A stretch of DNA of 47,741 bases. Origin: an uncultured Bacteroidales bacterium. Lineage in GTDB: Bacteria; Bacteroidota; Bacteroidia; Bacteroidales; UBA10428. The DNA lies in NCBI GenBank assembly GCA_964416375.1, contig CAYQDZ010000003.1, positions 1-47,741 on the forward strand. Direction: 5' to 3'. This document shows positions 40,458 to 47,741 of this stretch, piece by piece (position 1 is the first letter of the stretch; the number at the start of each line of letters is the position of its first letter). The position numbers were made by a program, and so were the translations under genes. A model generated the notes under the pieces. The model searched no databases. It was not told the DNA's origin and saw only the letters and a list, made by a program, of their open reading frames with translations.

Positions 40458-42176
40458 ATGAAAATCGATGAGGCATTCATTGCAAAATTGAAAGCTTTTC
40501 AAAAATACCATAGATTTTGGTGTGTATTTCTAGCCTGTTTGCTATGGATGACAATCTCAAACGGACAGGCTACAAATGATCCTAAAGAAGATTTCCTTTA
40601 TGGTGAATATTATCTGGAACAATATAAGTACAATGAGGCTTTGAGCTTTTATCTGTCCTCTCTTAAACATCAACCTGAGAACAGCAATTTGAATTATCGT
40701 GTTGGACAGTGTTACCTGAAAATTGTGGGTGAACAGCACCAAGCTTTGCCATACCTGAAAAAAGCCATTCATGAGATCAATGAAAACTATGTGGCTGGTA
40801 AATACAAAAACAGCGGAGCTCCTATTGAAGCCTGGTTATTTCTGGGAGATGCTTATCACAGAGAAAACAAGCTGCTCGACGCTTCTTATGCATATCATAA
40901 ATACAAAGAATTAATTGGAGATACCGATAAAGAGAAGACTAAATTAATTCATGATCGGATTATAGCCCTGGGCATTTCAAATGAATATCAGAGAACCGAA
41001 GATACAGTTCGGATCATTAATCTGGGGCAAACTATAAACTCACGATTTTCCGATTACAATCCTGTTTTAAGTGGTGATCAGATGGTATTGGTCTATACAC
41101 AATATTGGGAATCATATGACAGAATCATGATATCCAGGAGGTCACCTGATGGCTGGACTGAACCCATTGAGATCAATGGCCAGATCGAATCTTCCGGGAA
41201 CTGCTACACTTCGGCGATTTCTTATTATGGGACTGAGCTATACCTTATAAAAAACGTTGAAAACAACTACGATATTTATGTATCTGAAATGAAAGACCGG
41301 AAGTGGGAGCCGATGAAACCACTGTTGAACAAAATAAATACCCGTTACCATGAATCAAGTGTATGCATAAGTTCCGATGGGTATTATTTATACTTTGCAA
41401 GCAATAGACCGGGAGGCGAAGGAGGATTTGACATTTATCGTGCCAATAAAGAGGAAGGCGAATGGAGCAATGTTGTGAACTTAGGACCAATTATTAATAC
41501 AGGACAAAATGAGGAAGCGCCTTATATAACAATGGATGGCTCGATATTGTATTTTAGTTCCAATGGACATGAAACGATTGGTAATATGGATATTATATAT
41601 TCGGAAATCAGTGAAACAGGAGGCTGGAAAGATCCTTATAATATAGGCGCCCCGATAAACACAACAGAAGATGATCTGTTCTACATATATTTTAATAACA
41701 CGAGTACCGGATATTTATCCCGTGATATGGCAGAAGGATATGGAAAGAATGACTTATACAGGGTTCAGACCGGCGAGGATCCGGTATTTGCATTTAATGA
41801 ACTGGACTTTTTAGAAACAAAATACGTTGATAAAGGCGAGATTGAAACTGACAATATAGCATCTTCTATCACCTATACCTCAAATGAAGGTTTGGCTGCT
41901 GAAACAGCAGACTACATTTTTGAACCGGATTCTATACCTACTTATACCATCCAGGTAATGGCCTTGAAAAAACCTATTGATATGGAGAAGTTAGATCTGT
42001 CTCACCTCATCGTATCATCCGGGAATGATGGTCTGAACAGGTATACTTATGGTCAGTATATCGGTTGGTCAAAAGCCTTGTTATCGTTGTATGACATCAG
42101 AGAATCCGGATTTCCTGATGCATTCATCAGGAATATAGATACGATTGAAAATTATGCGGGAGAAATAAGCAGATAA
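40458..42176 (+). CDS. PorE-like paralog 5: TPR + PD40 beta-propeller + linker + SPOR domain
   Basis: 572 aa. Family blocks YRVGQCYLKI, APIEAWLFLGDAYHRENK, INTRYHESSVCISSDGYYLYFASNRPGGEGGFDIYRA, GPIINTGQNEEAPYITMDGSILYFSSNGHETIGNMDI, NTTEDDLFYIY. C-terminal SPOR-like YTIQVMALKKPIDMEKLDLSHLIVSSGNDGLNRYTYGQYIGWSKALLSLYDIRESGFPDAFI at about 41935-42150. Starts 4 nt after the paralog 4 stop. Confidence 0.8.
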   Translation: MKIDEAFIAKLKAFQKYHRFWCVFLACLLWMTISNGQATNDPKEDFLYGEYYLEQYKYNEALSFYLSSLKHQPENSNLNYRVGQCYLKIVGEQHQALPYLKKAIHEINENYVAGKYKNSGAPIEAWLFLGDAYHRENKLLDASYAYHKYKELIGDTDKEKTKLIHDRIIALGISNEYQRTEDTVRIINLGQTINSRFSDYNPVLSGDQMVLVYTQYWESYDRIMISRRSPDGWTEPIEINGQIESSGNCYTSAISYYGTELYLIKNVENNYDIYVSEMKDRKWEPMKPLLNKINTRYHESSVCISSDGYYLYFASNRPGGEGGFDIYRANKEEGEWSNVVNLGPIINTGQNEEAPYITMDGSILYFSSNGHETIGNMDIIYSEISETGGWKDPYNIGAPINTTEDDLFYIYFNNTSTGYLSRDMAEGYGKNDLYRVQTGEDPVFAFNELDFLETKYVDKGEIETDNIASSITYTSNEGLAAETADYIFEPDSIPTYTIQVMALKKPIDMEKLDLSHLIVSSGNDGLNRYTYGQYIGWSKALLSLYDIRESGFPDAFIRNIDTIENYAGEISR

Positions 42177-42177
42177 T

Positions 42178-42714
42178 ATGATCAGCAAGAAGATGCAAAT
42201 AAAGCTTAGAGCTCTTGAGCCCGGAGATATTGATTTACTTTATACATGGGAGAATGATAAACAAGTTTGGCAGGTGAGCAACACGATAACGCCATTTTCA
42301 AAATTCATCTTACAAAAATACCTTAACAATTCGCATCTTGATATATACCAGGCAAAACAGCTTAGGTTGATGATTGATATTTCAGAAGGAAAAAACTGGC
42401 GGACTGTTGGAACAATTGATCTTTTCGATTTTGATCCCTTTCACCTTAGGGCAGGAGTTGGAATTCTCATAGGAGATGTTTCTGATAGAAATAAAGGAAT
42501 TGCTACATTGGCACTTAAGGAGTTGATTCACTATGCTTTTTCAATCTTAAACCTCCATCAATTGTACTGTAATATACAATCTAAAAATAGCGCAAGTCTG
42601 AATATTTTTAAAAAAGCCGGGTTTCACATCATCGGAACAAAAAAAGAATGGTTGAAAACCCATGAAGGTTTTATGGATGAAGTTATACTTCAACTCATCA
42701 ATTCAAACGATTAA
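42178..42714 (+). CDS. GNAT-family N-acetyltransferase
   Basis: 178 aa, ..IKLRALEPGDIDLLYTWEND...GVGILIGDVSDRNKGIATLALKELIHYAF..LNLHQLYCNIQSKNSASLNIFKKAGFH.. (acetyl-CoA binding R/Q-x-x-G-x-G/A-like region). Its ATG is 2 nt after the paralog 5 stop. Confidence 0.85.
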   Translation: MISKKMQIKLRALEPGDIDLLYTWENDKQVWQVSNTITPFSKFILQKYLNNSHLDIYQAKQLRLMIDISEGKNWRTVGTIDLFDFDPFHLRAGVGILIGDVSDRNKGIATLALKELIHYAFSILNLHQLYCNIQSKNSASLNIFKKAGFHIIGTKKEWLKTHEGFMDEVILQLINSND

Positions 42715-42841
42715 GTTTTATTCAAGTTATTAATAATTCTCAATAAATATTCATAACTTAATACTAACTAACCTCTTTTTTTAAGTTTCCAATATTGGCA
42801 TTTATGCCATTTGTTAGTGAAAATTTAACGTCATTTTTAAA

Positions 42842-44425
42842 ATGACATATAGATCAGAGAAGTATAAATATTTGTTTCTGACATTCATATGTCTCTGGTC
42901 TTTAAATTCTCATGGCCAGAGTCTTTTTGAATTACAAAAATACGTTGATGAAGCAGACATATTAGCAGTCGATAAAGCAATAATCGAAATACAAGAAGCC
43001 GATAAATTGATGCAGGTGGCAAATATTTATTTTAATGAAGCGATAGAGTTGCAATCAAATGATAAGCTTGACGAAAAAGCCATAAAGACTAAGATAACTA
43101 AAGCTAAGGACAAAGCACTCTCAATGCAAATACAGGCAGATAAAATGTATTCTATAGCATACCAAACATTGTATGAGATATGTCAGAGAAATCTACAAAC
43201 ATTAGACACGATTAAATCTGGAGATTTTGATGGTTACGTCAAAACAGCTGAGAATATGATTAATAATGCTTATGCAAATAGAAAAGAAGCTGCAGGTATA
43301 AATGATCCTTATGAAAAAGCAACATTGTTAAATGACGCGGCAGGGATGGAAAATGCAGCTATTGAAAATATGATTTTTGCATTTAAAGCTCAATCCGGTG
43401 AAACTACTATATTAAATAGATCAGATCAGGTTTCAGAAGAAGACTTTAAATATCAGTTGGAAGTTCCATATACACATAAAATTGTTCAGGTAAGTGAAAA
43501 TCTGGCGATTGATCAATCGATCGTTAAAAAATATGAGGATTATGTAACAAATGAATCTATCCCTAATCCTATAATGGTAACAAGAGAGGGGGTGGTAGGT
43601 CTATCTGAAGTAACTATTGATCAGGCAAGAACATTACTTCTTGAGAATCCAACGGGAAATATTTACGCAAACTATGGCGATTACGGAATTGCACAACCTG
43701 AATTGGCAGAGCCGAATTCAAAAATTTCTTCTGAAACCAAAGAATTTACAGAAAGTGACCAAAGAGGAGTTTCATATCAAGATGATAATAGAGAGCTTAT
43801 TTCTGCAATAGAAAAAAGCAATCAATCGAGAGAAGCTTTTGATATAAGCACTGTAACACAATATACGGGTATCAGATTTATGGTTCAATTGGCGGCAAGC
43901 AGAATTCCTCTTACGCGAAGTCAGGTATGGGCAATATATCCTGGAAATGCAACAATAGAAATTATATATGAGGATAGATGGTATAAATATCGGCTTACCG
44001 GATTCAGACTGTTTTCTGAAGCAGATCGTGTAGCAAATGAGTCGGGAGTTGAGGATGTCTGGGTGTTAGCCAAGTATAATGGAAGCTCAATAAGCGTTAC
44101 AGAAGCCAGGGAAAGAACGCGGGTGACGGAAGCTGATGTAAATCGACAAGGGAGACAAATTATTGAAAATGAAATCGACTATTATATACAGATCATGGCT
44201 TCACAAGTAAGATTATCAGAACGTGAAATGAAATCTTTACATGGTTATTCGGATAATTGCAGGGAGATTATTGAAGAGGGTTGGTTCAAGTATCAGGTGT
44301 ATGCTGGTACAGATTTTAAAATGGCCCTGTCATTAAGAATTGAGATCGCTGGAGAAGCATTTATTGTAGCTTACAAAGCCGGATCAAAGCGAAATATAAT
44401 TCAAGCACCAATCCAAAAAAAGTAA
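42842..44425 (+). CDS. Secreted coiled-coil protein with two C-terminal SPOR-like domains
   Basis: 527 aa. Signal peptide ..YLFLTFICLWSLNSHGQ. Helical Ala/Lys/Glu-rich N-terminal half. SPOR-like units GIRFMVQLAASRIPLTRSQ...WYKYRLTGFRLFSEADRV...VWVLAKYNG (about 43870-44085) and YYIQIMASQVRLSEREMKSL...WFKYQVYAGTDFKMALSLR...AFIVAYKAG (about 44180-44395). Confidence 0.7.
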   Translation: MTYRSEKYKYLFLTFICLWSLNSHGQSLFELQKYVDEADILAVDKAIIEIQEADKLMQVANIYFNEAIELQSNDKLDEKAIKTKITKAKDKALSMQIQADKMYSIAYQTLYEICQRNLQTLDTIKSGDFDGYVKTAENMINNAYANRKEAAGINDPYEKATLLNDAAGMENAAIENMIFAFKAQSGETTILNRSDQVSEEDFKYQLEVPYTHKIVQVSENLAIDQSIVKKYEDYVTNESIPNPIMVTREGVVGLSEVTIDQARTLLLENPTGNIYANYGDYGIAQPELAEPNSKISSETKEFTESDQRGVSYQDDNRELISAIEKSNQSREAFDISTVTQYTGIRFMVQLAASRIPLTRSQVWAIYPGNATIEIIYEDRWYKYRLTGFRLFSEADRVANESGVEDVWVLAKYNGSSISVTEARERTRVTEADVNRQGRQIIENEIDYYIQIMASQVRLSEREMKSLHGYSDNCREIIEEGWFKYQVYAGTDFKMALSLRIEIAGEAFIVAYKAGSKRNIIQAPIQKK

Positions 44426-44444
44426 TCACTTAAAACCTAATGGT

Positions 44445-45224
44445 ATGGAAAGTATTTATCACCGGATTAGTACACTCATTCTTGTTGTGTTAACTATAAT
44501 ACTATTGCTAACTTCCTGTGTTTCACAAAAAAATGTGAAATTGATACAAGAAAAGGTCAATAAAGAAATGACTTCTCAATTTACAAATCCACGGACAACT
44601 GCATACAGGATCCAAACGGGAGATCATATATACATTCGTGTGTACAGTGTCGATCCGAAAACCAGTAAGTTTTTTCAGTCTGATTTTCCTTACTTGATGA
44701 ATTCTACTTATCAGTATTTAAATACTTATGTTGTAGATGAGTTTGGATATATCACCTTTTCATTTATAGAGAAATTGTTTGTTAAAGGATTAACCATTCA
44801 GGAAGTTCAACAGTCTGTTCAGAATCAGCTAAATGAGTATTTTAAAGAAGCAACCGCCTATGTTAAATTGGTAAACTATCAGGTTGGTATACTTGGAGAG
44901 GTGAATTCTCCGGGTAATTTTACAATTGAACAAGATCAAATCAATGTATTCCAGGCGATTGGGTTGGCAGGTGGAATAACAGATTTTGGAAATTTTAGCG
45001 AGGTTAAATTGGTCAGACAAACCCAAAATGGTTCAGAGGTTTATTTGCTTGATTTAACGGATAATCGCATACTTGAGTCTCCCTATTATTACATGTTACC
45101 AAATGATGTTTTATATATTGAACCAAGAAGTACAAAGTCATGGGCTTATTCTCAGTTTCCATATCAGACATTATTCTATTTCTTTTCAGTAGCTATTTTG
45201 GCAGCAACATTGTTATTAAAATAA
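44445..45224 (+). CDS. Wza-like polysaccharide export outer-membrane lipoprotein
   Basis: 259 aa. Lipobox-like LLLTSC. Poly_export-type block YRIQTGDHIYIRVYS...DEFGYITF..I..LFVKGLTIQEVQ. SLBB-like GEVNSPGNFTIEQDQINVFQAIGLAGGIT. Hydrophobic C-terminal helix. Confidence 0.85.
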   Translation: MESIYHRISTLILVVLTIILLLTSCVSQKNVKLIQEKVNKEMTSQFTNPRTTAYRIQTGDHIYIRVYSVDPKTSKFFQSDFPYLMNSTYQYLNTYVVDEFGYITFSFIEKLFVKGLTIQEVQQSVQNQLNEYFKEATAYVKLVNYQVGILGEVNSPGNFTIEQDQINVFQAIGLAGGITDFGNFSEVKLVRQTQNGSEVYLLDLTDNRILESPYYYMLPNDVLYIEPRSTKSWAYSQFPYQTLFYFFSVAILAATLLLK

Positions 45225-45239
45225 ATAACCAATTACTTA

Positions 45240-47636
45240 ATGAAGGATGAGACTCTGATTGCAATAGAAGAGCAGAGTGTTGATATTAAGAAATGGTTTG
45301 GATTATTTATTCGAAACTGGTTTCTTTTTTTATGCAGCATTTTGCTGTCCTTTATATGTGCCGTTGTTTGGATTATGTTCTCCACAAATCAGTATCAACT
45401 TTCAACATATATACTGGTAAACAGAGAGCAAAATCCTCTCGATAAAGCAGAGTTATTTTCTACATTATATTCCGATCCCTATCTGCTGGAAAATGAGAAA
45501 GGCGTTTTACTTGCCAAATCCGTTACTTCCCGTGCACTAAAACAATTAGATTTTCGAACCAGTTACTATATTAATCAGAGGTTCAACAAGGCTGAATTGT
45601 ATACTAATGCTCCATTTACTGTTGAAATGGATACAACACATTTACAACCCATTGGAATTTATTTTTCTGTAGTTTTTATTAATGACTCATTAATAAAGTT
45701 GGAAGCAAAGGGAGAAGAGGTTATCCTATATGACTATTCAACTGATCAGGTTCAACAGATTATCCCTGAATTTAAATTTTCAGATACTGTAAAGTTTGGT
45801 CAAATTACTGGTAATTCATATTGCAGATTTTCAATTTTGCCGGGCTATTCTTATATTCTGAACAGGGAATTGGATAAGAGTTATTATTACAAATTTCATT
45901 CATTAGATGAACTTATTACAACATTCAGAAATTTTAAAATAGCAAACGATCGCGGGTCTTCAATTCTAAGCGTTTCTTTTTGCTACAGACACCCAAAAAA
46001 AGCTGCAGATTTTCTCAATAAATTAATTGAGGAATATTTAATGAGAGGAGTAAAACGAGATGATCTGATTGCTGAGGCAACTATACGATTCATTGATGCA
46101 CAGCTTATAGATCTTGTTGATTCACTCTATCTTTCAGGAGAACGTCTTCAAGATTTTCAATCATCAAAGCAGGTTTTAGATATTGGATTCCAGGCAGAAA
46201 AAGTATATATAAAACTTGAAGCTCTTGAAGCAGAGAAAGGAAAACTTCTGGTTAAGAAAAGGTATTTCAGCTATTTAATTCAAAATCTTCAGACGAAGTC
46301 TGATATAAATGATTTGATTGCTCCTACAACTCTTGAAATTAATGATCCTGTATTGAACAGATTAATTGTTGACTTGGCTGAACAGTATAGCGAAAGGACT
46401 GAAATATCATTTAATTCAATTAAAGACAATCCTTATCTGAGTTCACTTGAAGCAAAAATTAATGACACGAGACGGAAATTGGTTGAAGCTGCCAGTACAA
46501 TTCTGGAGGCTACGGAAATTACTCTTGAAGAAACTAATAGTCAGATTTATGGTGCAGAGCAAACCTTTAACCGGCTTCCTAAGCATCAACAACAACTAAT
46601 AAATATAGAGAGAAAATTCAAATTGAATGATGAACTATATACCTATTTGTTGACCCGGCGTTCAGAAATGGAGATTTTTAAAGCGTCCAATCTACCTGCA
46701 AATGAAATTCTTGATGTAGCAGATCCTGCTGATGCTTTAATTGTTTCACCAAACATTAAATTATCATTTATTATGGCAATGATGATAGGGCTTTTTTTAC
46801 CAGGAGCCTTTATTTATTTTCGTGAAACTTTAAACAATAAAATACGGACCAGGGAGGATATTCAGAAGCTTTCTCAATTGCCAATTGTAGGCCAGGTAAT
46901 TGATTCAAAATTCAATAGTTTTCCTGCAGTTCTTAGTGAGCCGAACTCCGTACTTACGGAATCTTATCGAACGCTCAGAACAAATCTTCAATTTGTTATA
47001 AATGAAAATGAATCCAATACTATTCTGGTGACATCAGCAATACAAGGTGAGGGTAAAAGTTTTACTGCTTTAAACCTGGCTTCTGTATATGCATTCTACG
47101 GCAGGAAAACGATATTGGTTGATTTTGATTTAAGAAAATCAAACTTAAAGGAATATTTAGATATAGATCAAGAGGTCGGATTAAGTAATTATTTAAGTAA
47201 AAATGCTAAATATCAGGAAATTATTTATTGTGACGATAAAATTAATTTTGATCTTATACTTGCAGGTCCCGTGCCTCCAAATCCCTCAGAATTGGTTGCA
47301 TCTGATCAAACAAAATTGCTTTTTGCTGAACTAAAGAAAAAATATGATATAGTGATTATTGATTCTCCTCCTATAGGTATAGTATCCGATGCATTACTAT
47401 TGCATTCAAATTCGGATATTTCTCTTCTGGTTGTCCGTTATAACTTCACTCCAGAGGAAGTATTAGTTAATATTATGGAAGATTTAAAAACTCATCGGAT
47501 TAAAAAAATTAACATTGTGCTTAATGATGTGATTGTTTCAAAATCAAAGTATGGATATAGGTATGGTTACGGATATATTAATAATGAAGGAAGTAAAAAA
47601 CAAATTTGGAAAAGAAAACGAAAAGAAGCTTTATAA
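45240..47636 (+). CDS. Wzc-like chain-length determinant / BY-type tyrosine autokinase
   Basis: 798 aa. N-terminal Wzz-like domain with two TM helices and a long coiled periplasmic region. C-terminal kinase with Walker A TSAIQGEGKSF, A-prime ILVDFDLRK, Walker B IVIIDSPP, and a Tyr cluster SKYGYRYGYGYINN. Confidence 0.9.
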   Translation: MKDETLIAIEEQSVDIKKWFGLFIRNWFLFLCSILLSFICAVVWIMFSTNQYQLSTYILVNREQNPLDKAELFSTLYSDPYLLENEKGVLLAKSVTSRALKQLDFRTSYYINQRFNKAELYTNAPFTVEMDTTHLQPIGIYFSVVFINDSLIKLEAKGEEVILYDYSTDQVQQIIPEFKFSDTVKFGQITGNSYCRFSILPGYSYILNRELDKSYYYKFHSLDELITTFRNFKIANDRGSSILSVSFCYRHPKKAADFLNKLIEEYLMRGVKRDDLIAEATIRFIDAQLIDLVDSLYLSGERLQDFQSSKQVLDIGFQAEKVYIKLEALEAEKGKLLVKKRYFSYLIQNLQTKSDINDLIAPTTLEINDPVLNRLIVDLAEQYSERTEISFNSIKDNPYLSSLEAKINDTRRKLVEAASTILEATEITLEETNSQIYGAEQTFNRLPKHQQQLINIERKFKLNDELYTYLLTRRSEMEIFKASNLPANEILDVADPADALIVSPNIKLSFIMAMMIGLFLPGAFIYFRETLNNKIRTREDIQKLSQLPIVGQVIDSKFNSFPAVLSEPNSVLTESYRTLRTNLQFVINENESNTILVTSAIQGEGKSFTALNLASVYAFYGRKTILVDFDLRKSNLKEYLDIDQEVGLSNYLSKNAKYQEIIYCDDKINFDLILAGPVPPNPSELVASDQTKLLFAELKKKYDIVIIDSPPIGIVSDALLLHSNSDISLLVVRYNFTPEEVLVNIMEDLKTHRIKKINIVLNDVIVSKSKYGYRYGYGYINNEGSKKQIWKRKRKEAL

Positions 47637-47741
47637 TTTACTATAGGTGGGAATCTCTTCCAGAAATTCAAAAGATTTTTTGGTCTCATTCAATTTGCAG
47701 CAATAATGTATCATCCCATTACTGAGCAACAAGTATCTGGC

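Noticed and set aside
42796-42809. TGGCATTTATGCCA palindrome upstream of the double-SPOR gene as a sigma-54 (-24 GG / -12 GC) promoter.
   Set aside because: The GG and GC are separated by 7 nt rather than the required 10, and the -12 element reads ATGC rather than TTGC. It could still be a binding site for a dimeric regulator, but there is no supporting evidence.
47706-47741. Possible start of another gene (ATG at 47706, MYHPITEQQVSG...) at the window edge.
   Set aside because: Only 12 codons are visible, which is too short to support a call.

Overview
AT-rich (about 35-40% GC by eye) bacterial window with Bacteroidota hallmarks: rpsL-rpsG-fusA runs straight into rpsJ with no tuf, secY runs into map with no adk, exact TAnnTTTG -7 boxes sit upstream of several genes, and Y_Y_Y sensor, PorE-like and SPOR proteins are present. 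All homology calls come from reading motifs in the supplied translations; no searches were run. Layout: (i) 1-606 is a degraded CoxII-like cupredoxin/cytochrome c reading frame. (ii) 818-18888 is a complete, colinear str-S10-spc-alpha ribosomal superoperon of 33 genes, including rpmD and rpmJ, which fall below the ORF-track cutoff. It is followed by eno at 18990-20282. (iii) 20.3-25.7 kb holds an inverted-repeat-flanked intergenic element, a beta-propeller/Y_Y_Y sensor fused to a PP2C phosphatase, and a convergent hybrid histidine kinase whose ATP-binding domain looks degenerate. (iv) 25.8-31.6 kb holds two secreted hypotheticals, a TPR protein, a GT2 fused to a truncated WbaP-like phosphoglycosyl transferase, and an orphan E2 acyltransferase. 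(v) 31.7-47.6 kb is the most interesting part. It contains five tandem paralogs of a PorE-like TPR + PD40 beta-propeller module with different C-terminal modules (membrane anchor, OmpA_C twice, none, SPOR). These are followed by a GNAT, a double-SPOR coiled-coil protein, and Wza/Wzc-type polysaccharide export genes. I saw no tRNA, rRNA, CRISPR array, transposase or integrase. TGA is almost unused as a stop codon: 1 of 50 CDS, and that one is backed by TAA.
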